DNA of 64,000 nucleotides from the human T2T-CHM13v2.0 reference genome, Homo sapiens, in assembly GCF_009914755.1 (NCBI RefSeq), contig NC_060947.1. One strand, given 5' to 3'. The notes beneath the pieces were generated by a model. It saw nothing but the letters and a program-made list of their open reading frames with translations, made no database searches and was not told where the DNA came from. Below, piece after piece: positions 23,897 to 36,945 of the stretch (the first letter of the stretch is position 1; each line of letters opens with the position of its first letter). The position numbers and the translations under genes are program-made.

Positions 23897-26800
23897 GTGA
23901 GGAAGCGCAGGCCGCCCCCGCCGCCCACGTGACTGCTTGGGAGCCCGGTGCGCCCTCGGTGCTGGGCACCGGCGACAAGGGACGGCCCCAGGGCTCCCCT
24001 GAGGGCAGGGCCGGTCACTATGGCCAGGTGACCTGGGAGTAGGGCTGGAGGTGTTTCCTGGTGTGTAGGCTAGGTAGTGCTCTTCGCTGGGAAGGCGAGG
24101 CGGGACTGGAGCGCGCAACTAGGTGGAGATTGAGGGCGGTTGGGGGTATAAAAATAGGCCAGAGCCACAGACACCTGCGCCTGCTGAGCTTGGCACGGTT
24201 GGGGATGGGGGGGCGGAACTTAACCTGGGAGAGATGGAAGTGCCTTGGAATTTGTGGGGTATAACGCGAGTAGTGAGTGCCCTACACCCCCCACCCCAAA
24301 CACACACTCAAGTTGGGGCGGGGCAACACCAGGGGTGGCGGCGGCGGCGGCTTGAATTGGGCTCTTCCTGTGTGCGTAGGGCTAAGAGAGAGGTGACCTC
24401 TTTCTCCCTTTCGGTACTGCTGCTTAAGGGCAAAGTTGTAGCTTGCTCCCCGACCTAGCCCAGCCCATAGTGTGGCGTGAGAAATGCTGGTTCTGTTCAG
24501 AGTCACTGAGGTGATGACTTCTCAGCCCCCTCCGTGCCTTTCCCACAAGATGACTGTTACATGTGGTTAAAGGAAGCTTTTTGTCTTGGACAAGGGACTA
24601 CTGCATGGGACCCAACTTGTTACTCGAAGTCTACCCAGCCCAACCCCCTCCCATTATATTTTCATTTTATTAAAGATAAGCTATGTCAGAAAACTTTTTA
24701 TGCTGTTATGTTTTTAAATCGGTGCATTTTAGGCTATCTGCTAAGTGTTATCCAAATTTACTAACTTTTTAAAGCATTCATGTTCTATTTTTTTTTCCTT
24801 TGCTAGATGGCCTAAACAACCCATTTAGGGGCTAAAACCACTGAAGCCTCAGTCTTTCATGATCTAAAATGTGAAAACAAACTTTTTTGAAGTTCAAAAA
24901 TAAAATGTTTATAGTAAATAGCTTATATTTCTAGTAGAAATCAAAGAGCTGTAGACTGGGGCCTCAATTTACTTATTGATACATGGAGTTTTTTTTTTTT
25001 TTTCAGTGTTCTCATTTTATGAATGTCCACAAAAGTGATTTTTAAATTCTTTCCCAAAATGGGATTTATTTGTGCACCTAGAACTCTTGGTGTGTCCTAA
25101 ACACCAGACATTTCAGCTGCATTTAGGGCAAGTCTGGGTTGAGTCTCAGGAAGTTAGTGTATATTAAATAAAGAGAGAGAGAGAAAGGGAAATAGGAAAT
25201 AGTAGGGCTTAAAAAAAAAGATTAATCCACTCAAGCCTTGCAAAATGCCTTAAACTTTCTTCCTCTCAGGCGGCCTCCCCTCTCCTTCCCTCCTTCTTTT
25301 CCCCACGCACCCTGCCCCACACCCCATTCATTCAGTTCTGCCTTTGATTGTATCAAGGGAATTCATAGTTCACAATACTAAGTACAGTTTTGCTGTTTGA
25401 TCTGGGAAAAAGTGACATTTTCTCACCGTGCTCTTCTTTCCATTCTGTGGAGAGTAAAACGATGCACATGTGAAGTTTGTCTCTGAGGGTCTCCATGCTT
25501 CTCGCTCCATTGTGTGCGCGAGCCTGCGTGTGTGCGTCAGCAGAGTGAGTGCCTCCAGTTCATCAAGTTTGTGATTCTGGGGAACTCTGTGTGCTGAGGG
25601 GAAAATGGTTTCTGATTTTTATTTTATTTGTCTTGAACTTATTGAATTTATATGGTTTAGGAACTGCTTGCTGTTCAGTATTTCTGATTGCTCCCTGCTT
25701 TTAATTATCTGAGTTGCCTATCTCTTGAATTTTTAAATCTTAATTAATGTGGATTCGAATGTGAATCATATACTTTAAATTACAAATTCTGCCTTTCACT
25801 CTGTGCCCTCTGAGTTGTGATTACTTTGTCCCACCTAATTTGAGTAGGGCAAACATCTCAACGTTAGCAAAGAAGAGAGGAATCTTTTTTTTTTTTTTTT
25901 TTGGTCATTCTCTTCATCTTAATGAAATGGTAAATTCTTAACTTCTTATTTCCATTTTATTTCTAATGTAGTTCTTAAGCACTTTGTGCAGCACACAGTT
26001 TTTTCCATAGTTGAAAATGTACAATACCTTAATAATAAATTTGATAGCATGCAGTGTGACTCTTGAAGCTAGACTATTTTTATTATTGTTATGTAGCAAA
26101 ATATTGCAGATGAGATGCAGAAATCTATCGTGAGCTTGTAAAATTCTCCTAGAGTTTTATGAAGGCGTTAGGAGCAACTTTTAGACCTTTAGAAAACTTC
26201 AGTTAGCCATGTGTTCTTGAAATTACTGTATAGTGTTTCCACAAATCAGGGTGAGGTAGCCGACCAGCCTATAACTTTTTAACAGTTTATTTTAGAGAAT
26301 TATGAAGATTGATGGGAAAAATGATTTTTCCAGAAATACAAAGAAAATTACTTTATCCACAATTATTTTCTCCCTCTGAGGAGAGACGTGAAGTAGAAGC
26401 CCAGCTACCTGTTCTATCACTTAAGATTTCCAGCATTCCTGACTTTCAAACAAAGAAATTGCTGTTGCCACTAGTTTAAAATAGAAAAGAAACTTGGAGT
26501 GAAGAAAGAAAACCCAGGATTTCGTCCAGTTCAAACTCTTCCTTATGAATTAGTTATTCAAACTCATATTGTTGATATTTCTTAATATTGTGGTAACGAA
26601 CATTTTTTGCCACGTTACACCAAATGTTGAGGGTATGAAGTTTTTTGTACTTAATTTGTGCTTACTTCTTTAGTGTGTAACTAGAGGAATTTTCCATACC
26701 AGTAGCTGAACTCTTGAAAATATTTAAAGTACAACTTAAAAAAAAACCAATAAACCTGTTTCTTTCCACTCAAATATTTACTCTTTAATGATTCAAACCC

Positions 26801-27451
26801 TGTTTTCTTTGAAGTTTTCAGTTATAAATCATACTTAAGTTTAAGATATTTCCCCTTAGAGCCTACAATAGTATTTTTGAGGACAAGTTTCATTTAGAAT
26901 ATTGTTGATTGTTAAATCTTTCGTAAGATGTAGGTGGAAGAATAAAGTTAAATGTTGAGTTAGAGTACTAAATGTTATGCTTTATGCTGTGCCTCTTGTT
27001 AAAGAACTTTTAAAGCTTCTGCTAAAGAACTTTAAAATTAGCCTTCATGTATCTTTAAATATGACCAAGGTGGTACAGTTTAAATCTAGTTGTCATTTGA
27101 GATGAGAAGTAGAAATGAAGTTTAACGATTAATGATCACTTTATTGAAGACTTTTATCTAAGTGGTGGGAAACACTGCCCGACATTGGTGAACATAATCA
27201 CTGGGTTCTGGGAAGCATACTGACGTATATTACATGTTCCACCCTTAAAGATCTTAAAATCTTGTTGAGTTGTTAAAACTAGCACATGAAATATCAAATA
27301 ATGCAAAATCTGTGAACTCACTGTAAGTATAATAGAAGTTTCTCACTGGAAGTGTTGAAGGCTTCCAGAAAGTAAGCTGACCCTAAAGTCTTGTTAGGAT
27401 GCACACTGGGCAGGGCATTTCCAAGCAAGGAAAAATCCCCAGCAGAGGTAG

Positions 27452-27751
27452 ACAGACTAGGATTTTTTGACTTTACAATGGTACTCACACAACCATTCTG
27501 TTTTTCGCTTTCCATACAGTATTCAGTAAATAACATGAGCTAGTCAACACTTTGTTATAAATAGGCTTTGCATTAGATGATTTTGCTTAACTGTAGGCTA
27601 CTGTAAATGTTGTGAACACGTTTAAGGTAGGCTAAGCTATGATGTTCGGTAGGTTAGGTGTACTGTATTAAATGCCTTTTCAAGTTACAATATTTTCAAC
27701 TTATGATAGGTTTATTGGGACGTAACCACATTTTAAGTCAAGGAGCATATG
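27452..27751 (-). mobile_element. MER47A-like Tigger derivative nested in a minus-strand L2 (~27150-28070)
   Basis: taaggtaggctaagctatgatgttcggtaggttaggtgta...gggacgtaaccacattttaagtcaaggagcat. Confidence 0.75.
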
Positions 27752-28087
27752 TATACAATATAGATAAGGAAAGGTGCACTGCATTTGTGAGTGCATGCAC
27801 ACACACACACAATCTTTGAGAACAGGATAAAGTCATTTGGGCTGTCATAGAGAATTCCTCTAGAAAAATGATACATGATAAGGTCGGAAAACTGGATTGA
27901 GTACAGATCATGATTGTCCTTAAATGCCAGGGAAGGATTTTGGCCTTTGAACTAGCCATTAAACATTTCTGAGTAAGGGAGACTCAATGTACCAAGTTAT
28001 ATATCGAAAGAGAAATCTCAAAATTGGATGAATGAATCAACTGGAGGATTGAGAGGGGAAGGCAGTTTGATCTACAGAGGCTATTTC

Positions 28088-28400
28088 TTCTTTTTTAATT
28101 TTTTTTTTTTGAGACACGGTCTCACTCTGTCACCCAGACTGTAGTGCAGTGGCGCGATCACAGCTGACTGCAGCCGCCACTTCCTGGGTTCAAGCAATCC
28201 ACCCATCTCAGCCTCCAGAGCAGCTAGAACTACAGGTGCACGCCACCATGCCTGGCTAATTTTTATGGTTTTTTTTTTTTTTTTTTTGGAGACAATGTTT
28301 AGTGGTTGTCCAGGCTGGTTTCCAACTCCTGGACTCAAGCAATCCATCCACATTGGCCTTCCAAAGTGCTAGGATTACAGGCGTGAGCTACTGCGCCTGG
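28088..28400 (-). mobile_element. AluJ
   Basis: J-type diagnostics; 16-bp TSD CTACAGAGGCTATTTC (28072-28087, 28401-28416). Confidence 0.93.
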
Positions 28401-28878
28401 CTACAGAGGCTATTTCAATGGGTCAATCATAGTTATACAGATGCAATGGGCCTTCCATGGACAGGTTCCCTTCCATATGTTTAGTACTATGAAGAAAAAA
28501 TTAATTACCAGGCTTAATAATTAGCTAGTTTCAGAAGGAAAAGTTAAAGACTGTGGTGTTTAATAGGAGGGAACTGGGAGACTTATGATACATCTGAAAG
28601 AAATTGGAATGTAGTGGGGAAGAGCCAGATCTGGTAGGAAGTTAAGGATTTCTGTTCTAGACTTGTGAATTTTGTGGTAACAATGGGATGACAAAGTACA
28701 TATGTCCAATAAGTAGTTGAAAATGTAGAACTGAAGCTTTGGTCATTCATCAGATATTTACTGAGCATCTACTCTATGCCGGGCACTTCACTTGAAAATG
28801 AAGGACTAGAGACATCAAGGAGGGAGAGGTTCATAATGCCAGAAAGAATATGTGGAAGTGAGGGCCCTCATGAGACAG

Positions 28879-28944
28879 GAAAAGTAAGGTTGTAAGAAAA
28901 GTAAGGGTTGTAAGAAAAGTAAGGGTGTAAGAAAAGTAAGGGTG
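28879..28944. repeat. 17-18-bp minisatellite, unit approx. GAAAAGTAAGGGTTGTAA, ~3.8 copies
   Basis: Read directly. Confidence 0.9.
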
Positions 28945-31118
28945 GCTTTAAGATGTATGAAAGGATGAGAACGTGTGTCAAGTTAGAGAGAGAGTTAACT
29001 GGGGTGGGGGATGGGGGGATTCTTTACTTAACAGTCATCCGGAAACCTACATTGGAGAAAGAATTCAGGTTGGTACCAGAGTCCAGTATGTGGAGTTCTT
29101 ACCTCCCTTACACCTCCCTAAGGGGATAATCAGATTTGCAATTTGAGGTTGAAAGCATTGCTTTGCATTGGTGAACCCGAATTATTGTCCTTGTTATTGA
29201 GTAGTTAATGCAGAGGTGTTGAATATGCTAATGATAATGGCAGAAGACCAGCTGGAACAAAATAATCAAAGACTGTTAGCTGAGAGAAGGCGGGGTTAGT
29301 TAGAACTTTTGACACTAGGGGAGTAGGGACTGTAGGGAGAATAAACAGGAATTGGGTATGATAGGACATGTGCCTTCAACAGTAATCAGAGTTTAGAAAT
29401 GGCACTTGAGTACAAAGGTCCGTCATCATGTACTTCTCTTGCTTGAGTCACAGCAAATGAGAGAATATAATTTAGCTGGTACTTAGGAACAATTGAACAT
29501 TGTGATATTGTATTTTTTATTCTGCTTTTCATATTCAGTGACCTTGAGCAAATCATCTACAAAATGGGGAATAATAAAAGCTGCATTTCCTTTGCCTCAA
29601 TGAGAGGTTATTAGGATGAATTAACCATCATCTGTGGAGTTGGAGCTCCTTTGTAAAAGGTGTTATGATGTATGGGGGGCAGTTCATCCTGCAAAACAAT
29701 GCTTGGCTAATCACATGAAAACACTGCCATTATCTCATCTCTCTCCTGCTTGATAACCCACATTTTTCTTTTGAAACCCAATCACCACCCCACACCACCC
29801 CAATGAGACACAAAGCCCTCTGCTCAGCTTTCCATACTTTCTGTTATATGGCTCCTCTCTGTAGATCTATACTTAGTTCCCACTACATCCCAACAAGAAA
29901 TCCCTTTAATTCTACCATGCCAGTCACAGTTCAATAACCAGTGATTGGCCAAATTCTACCTGATTTTCAAGGTCCTCCATCTTAGCTTCTTCATGAACTC
30001 TCTCTGAATGTCCCAGGCTATAGAAATCTCTTCTATTTCCAAGCACCTATTCTGTCTATTGTCAGTAGTAGACAGTCTTGTCCTTAATGTATTATACTGC
30101 CTTAGATTTTCTCTAATTATATATGTTATACTTGCCTCCCAAATGAGGTTGTACATTTCTTGAAGGTGGGGACCATGTATTTCACTTTTCTTTATACCAT
30201 TAGGTATGAATTATATGTAAAATCTTGGCTAATCACTATACTGTACAGTGGACTTTTCTAACTGTTTAAAATTCTGTTTCTTTAAAAATATTGTACAACA
30301 CCTGAACTCTGTACACCTTAAAGACTAATTTATATGTGTACAATGTAGACTCTATACTTATTTAAATGATTTTCATGTATTATGTATAATATGTCTAGCA
30401 AAACATTCTTGTAACTAATCATCTGTCCACACACACTGAAGCTTTCATTCTCTTGTCTTCCACAGACTTTGAGAGAAAAATGAGCTTCATTGCTTTCTTG
30501 GTAACCATGGCTGATTTCAGGCAAATTTGTTTCTCCCCTCATCTCTTCTCCTTTTCTCCTTCCTTCTACTTGTACTTTCCCATGACTCTTCAGGGTCCTC
30601 TCACTGGTGATTTGGACCTATCTACCTCTTGTTTCTTCCCTCTTCCCTCCCACTCCCCAAAAAACAAACATAAATAAAAAACTGTTTTACTTCCTGTCTG
30701 AACTGTCACATTAGAAAGAATCTGATAATTTCACTCACACTAAGATGTTTTTGATTAATGGCTCAGTGCTTTACTTCTCCATGGATATTCACATTTTACA
30801 GAGAATTATACCTTAAGAAATGGAAATCTAATAGTAGAATTTCAGACAGCTTGATAGCAGTTTTTGACAAAGTTCTGTGTTCTGAAAGAGTGGTGGTTCT
30901 ACTGTTTTTTTTTTGTTGCTAGAAAAATGGTGTTAGGCAAACAAAAAATAATAGTATTATTAGCTATAGTACAACAAACTCCTTTTCATTCCTTGTAATT
31001 AAGACTCGAAGAATTTCCACCACAGGTACATGTAAAACAATGTCTCTGAAGGAGTGGCAGAATGTAACTCATTTTAAAAAAATCAATTAAATACACAGAA
31101 CTAAAATTTTGACCCCTT

Positions 31119-31928
31119 CTTTTTTTCTTTTATTTTAGTTGACATGTAATAATTATACATATCTATGGGATACAGAGTAATATTTTTTTTTGAGGCAGGG
31201 TGTCACTCTGTCACCCAGGCTGGAGTGCAGTGGCACAATCACAGTTTACTGCAGCCTCAACCTCCCAGGCTCAGGTGATCCTCCCACCTCATCCTCCTGA
31301 GTAGCTGGGATTACAGGTTGTCGCCACCATGCCTGGCTAATTTTTGTATTTTTTTGTAAATTTGGGGTTTCACCATGTTGCCTAGGCTGGTCTTGAACCC
31401 CTGGGCCCAAGCGATCCCCCATGCTTGGTCTCCCAAAGTGCTGGATTACAGGCATGAGCCATTGTGCCCAACCGAGAGTAATATTTCAATATATGGATAT
31501 GATGTGTAATGATCAAATCAGGGTAATTAACGTATCTATCACCTCAAACATTTATCATTTTTTTGTGCTGTGAACATTCCAAATCCTCCCTTCTAGCTTT
31601 CTGAAAACATACAATAAATTATGGTTAACCATATTCACCCTACAGTACTGCAGAATAGAATTTACTCCTATCTAGCTGTTAATTTTGTGTTAGTTCACCA
31701 ATCTGTCCACATCTTCCCCTCCTGCTTCCCTTCTCAGCCTCTAATACTCACAATTCTACTATCTGTTTTCTCATATGAGTGAGAACATGCAGTATTTGTC
31801 TTTCTGTGCCTGGCTTAATATAATGTCCTCCAGTTCCGTCCATGTTGCTGTGAATAACAGGATCTCATCCCTTTTTACAGCTGAATAGTACTGTCTTGTG
31901 TATACATACCACATTTTCTTTATCCGTT
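31119..31928 (-). mobile_element. L1MA 3' end interrupted by an AluJ
   Basis: gtaatgatcaaatcagggtaatt...atgagtgagaacatgcagtatttgtctttctgtgcctggctta. Confidence 0.85.
31186..31473 (-). mobile_element. AluJ
   Basis: Full dimer; TSD AGAGTAATATTT (31174-31185, 31475-31486). Confidence 0.93.
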
Positions 31929-34280
31929 CTTAACCCTATCTTCTGTGCATTTCTTACTTGGTCATTCGCCATTTCAGACTAAAGTGTTAGATGGCAGGAA
32001 CCACATCTTTGAATTAATGTTTGTAGAAATCAAATATTTATTGAAGATATTAACTAATTTCTCTCAATACTCCTATAACATAGAGTGATTCTGTAGGAAA
32101 ATGCCTTCAAATTTGGATTTAAACATTAAACTAAGGGCACATTGACAGCCAACTCTACCCACGATCCCCTTTGTTGTCCCTCCCTAAAACCACATATGAC
32201 TTAGGAAAATCACCTGACGCGAACATTCAGAGAAACCAGAAAACCTATATATGGAACATATCCTGTCCTCCATTCCTGCCTGCCTCTCCCCACCACCCCT
32301 CACTAGCTTATACCTTGCTGGGGATAGAGCTACAGGATGCATCTAAAAACTCCCCCTCAGGCTTTTCTGGACTTGTTCCAGCCTTCCCCTGACAGCAGCC
32401 TGCTGGCCTTTCTTTTCCTCCATTTATCATAGCATCGTGGATGAGAGTGATTTGTGTCTCAAAATATCAGGTTAACCATTGGTATGTCTTAGCTTTGGAT
32501 AGTCTGGCAAAATTAGAACAAAACTGTGGTTCATACTTCCTGGGCCCCAGAGTAAACAAAATTGTAGATTGCTTAGATGAAAGAGTTGAAGATAGTCTAA
32601 TTATCTTTTTTATATGTTCACTTTCTCTTTTTTGGTCAAGCATCTTAAAAAATGTGCCATTGAAGAAATCGAAGCCATTGTGTTTTTGCATTTTCCCCAT
32701 GAAAAATGTTTACAGAAAAAGTTTTCAGCCTTTCTTTGTGATCCTTGTAACAGAGATTGTGTGTTGTCAGCAGTGTTTTAAATTTTTCCCTCTCCTTCTA
32801 TTACCTCTTAAAGAAAAAGTGGGGAAAAGAAATCTGTACAAGTACAACCCTATTAACTTAAAATACAAAGGACTGAAATGCATTGAGTTCAATTCAACCA
32901 TCAATGGGGTTTTTTTCAATTTGTTTATTATGGAACAATAGGGTGTCTAGCCAAAGAATTAATGGTTGCTTTGAATTATGGAAAAAGCTTCCCAGTATCA
33001 ACTTAATGAAGTTTTACTGAATTTGAAATCCACACCACACTAGATGTGTTAGGAAATTTCTAAGCATGCTAGTGAATTACTCTACCAGGTTTCAATAGTG
33101 CCTGGTAACACAATCCTAGGAGTGAATTTTTGGCAGGTGGAGGAAATACTTCAAGAACATCTAGAAGCATCCAGATTTTTCTTTGAAAATGCATTTTTGA
33201 GTTGCTCTGTTAGTCCCTTTTTAACCCTTCTTCCCACCCCCAGCTTTCCACTAAACCATTTGCTTTGGGACATATCAATTTACAGTATATTATATTAAGC
33301 TAGGTTTGACTGCTTGATGCACTATAGTATAAATAACAGAGCAGTGGGTGGTGGGGGTGGGATGGGCAATATAGATAATCAGGTGGAGCATAAGCTGTTA
33401 TTAATGCAAGACAATTTAGGGGAGCTGAGCCAATAGAAACCATAAAGTCAGAATTTCTTCCCAAAGCCTCTGCCTCATCATTATCGCTGCCCACTAGAGC
33501 TGGGAAAGTTTCTAAACTCCCTGATCTCAATTTCCTGCCGCCTGCCTTAACTTTTAGCAGAAGCACAAAAGAAACCAATCAGCAAAGCATGCACACATAC
33601 TACTAAGTATGGTGACAGAAAATAGAACTTTGACCTGTTGTGGTTAAAGAGACTAAAGTCAATGTATCTGACAGCCTCAGGGAAATACGCATATTTCAAA
33701 TTTATGTTTTTTAAGTGCTACTGACCCCATAGGAAGAACACTTGGCAAACTCATTAATTAGGATCCTGTTTGAGTTTCTAGTTTTAGTTCAAATCCTTTG
33801 TTTGAACTTAGTGGTGAGCTTTCTTATGTGCTTGTCAGTAAATGGTAATACATTGGACTTTACCAGCTTGGACAGTGGTGACCCAGGTTTTATGTTTTTA
33901 CACACACAATCTACATGGTTTGATTTAAGCCAGAAAATTATTAGCAGCAAAGTTTGGAAGGCCTGCTTTGGGTAGGACAGAGTGCTTGCTGTCTATCTTT
34001 GAAATACAAAAAATATTAGAGAGTCCTTGAGCTCAAGAAGTTTATACTCTAACCAGAGTGACTAGACACCTACACATTTAGGAATCTAACAATGCAGAAC
34101 AGTAGTAATGAATCCCAAATGAGATAGAATCTGATGTAGAAGCATCCATCCCAAGGAAGACTGGAGTAAGAAAGGAAACTATCATTTATAGAATACCTTT
34201 CTGCTAGGCATTCGTGTTTTGCTACTCCACTACCTTGCTTCTCGGCAGGATGGCCTTCAATAGACTTTTAAAAGAGAGTA

Positions 34281-34377
34281 TGTATACATATGTAACTAAC
34301 CTGCACAATGTGCACATGTTCCCTAAAACTTAAAAGTATAATAAATACATATATATATATATATAAAATAAAAAAAT
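34281..34377 (+). mobile_element. Extremely truncated young L1 (L1PA2/L1HS-type): ~65-bp 3' end plus AT/A tail
   Basis: tgtatacatatgtaactaacctgcacaatgtgcacatgt...aaaacttaaaagtataataaa; TSD AAAAGAGAGTA (34270-34280, 34378-34388); TTTT/AAAA endonuclease site. Confidence 0.92.
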
Positions 34378-34489
34378 AAAAGAGAGTAGGAGGCAAGCAG
34401 GAGAAAAGGCCCAAGGGGACACACACAGGCTCCTTGTATAAGAGAGATTTGGTGTAGGTACCTATTGGTATGAATTGTGTTAGGGCTAG

Positions 34490-34832
<343 letters not shown>

Positions 34833-35020
34833 AGGAGACATTTATTCTTTACTCAGTCCATAACAAGGAGGTTTGGGTTTTTATTTTTTATTTTTTTAGC
34901 AATATAGTGAAATGATGAAATAACATTGTTTGTTTTGGAAGATTGCATTAGGCTGTTGGAAACCTAACAGGCTAGGCTGGAGATAAGGGAAGGCTTAATT
35001 GATAAGGGTTTAATCTAGGG

Positions 35021-35200
35021 CAGTGATGGTTAAACTGGAGCATGCATGGGAAGCACCTGGGGGGCTTGTGAAAACACAGACTACTAAACCTTAGTCCCAG
35101 AGTTTCTGATTGAATAGATCTGAGGTGAAGCCGGTGAATTTGCATTTCTCATGAGTTCTCAGCTGCTCCGCCAATTTGGGGAGCACTTTGAGCACCACTC
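35021..35200. mobile_element. MER5A-like element within an L2 remnant
   Basis: aagcacctggggggcttgtgaaaacacaga...agagtttctgatt...cactttgagcaccact. Confidence 0.75.
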
Positions 35201-36068
35201 AAGGATGACTTTAACAGACATTGGCGACCCCTTAAATATGAGAAGAAAGGAAACATGATGAGAGAGTAGAGTCAGAGATAAGGCTGAGTTTGGAAGAAAA
35301 TTGGTACATTTTGGGGAATGTTGAATTTGAAGTGCTGGTCACATATCCAAGCAGAGGCAATCAGTAACACGTTTGTTGAAGAGAGGAGATGGAGACTGGC
35401 GAATCTTATGTGAAGATAGTAGAGGAAATTGTGAGAGATGAAAACAACAAGATTTCCAGTTATCTTTCCAAGAAGCTGAACTCAATTTTGTGTTAAGTTC
35501 TGCAGCTTCCAAAATCTCATGGTCACCCATGACTTCTGTTTTCCTTAATCTAGGCAGGTTTGCGACTTAGCAAACACCCATCCTCATCATTATATAGTTA
35601 TCATTGGCCCATGTGTGCTGTTAAGTAACCTACTTCAGTTTTTATTGATTGATTTAATTTTATTATTGTTATATAATTTTATTATAATAATTTTTACAAT
35701 AATTTTATTGTTTATTTTGTTATATTTATTTTTATTGTTTTGGTCTGGATAAGCCCCTTAGATGACAAATTCTTACAAATAGAACCTTTCTGTGGAATTA
35801 TGTTACCATGCTCAGTATGGTTAGGTGTTTACTGTAGTAAACAGCTCATTAATGCTTTTATCTTCAAATGCAGACCCTTATTAAGAACATGAAATCTGTT
35901 TATGCTTATAGTTGCTAAAGTGCAACTTGGCTAAAGTGATATAAATGGCAGTATCTTAAATGCCAGTAAGTGGCAATATTTCCCCCACAGGTAGAGATTT
36001 TTAGACCTATTATTATGTCCCCCCCTCAAAAAAAAAAACAAACAAACCAGACTTAATAGCTCTGGCTG

Positions 36069-36071
<3 letters not shown>

Positions 36072-36113
<42 letters not shown>
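36072..36113. repeat. Perfect (AC)21 microsatellite
   Basis: Read directly. Confidence 0.95.
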
Positions 36114-36115
<2 letters not shown>

Positions 36116-36389
36116 ATTCACAGTCCTGACGTTTCAAAGCCAATTTGTATTTATATATGTAAATTCCTGGAAGGGAGAGGAAGTTACTTCTGAATCATTA
36201 AAGAAATATCAAACCACTTCCTAAATGGCCTTTCTGCTCTCTGAAATATTCTCTATACCTGTCAGATTCATATATTATCGTTTGCCAACAGGTACCCAGT
36301 AGGAAAGCTCTGAGTTTAGTTCAAACAAAGGATTAGAACTGAAAATAAGAGAAGCAAGTAGGGCAACACCAAACAATGTGAGCAAACTT

Positions 36390-36945
<556 letters not shown>

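Larger units (their letters stand above)
23020..24480. promoter_or_regulatory. CpG-island promoter of STK26 with GC boxes
   Basis: Abrupt rise in GC and CpG density; GGGGCGGGG and CCGCCC Sp/KLF motifs at ~23417-23452; spans exons 1-2. Confidence 0.92.

Noticed and set aside
22902-24506. Many overlapping ORFs of 60-225 aa on both strands
   Set aside because: Expected in a stop-poor CpG island; Pro/Gly/Arg/Ala-rich with no domain. Only 23855-23896 matches a real protein.
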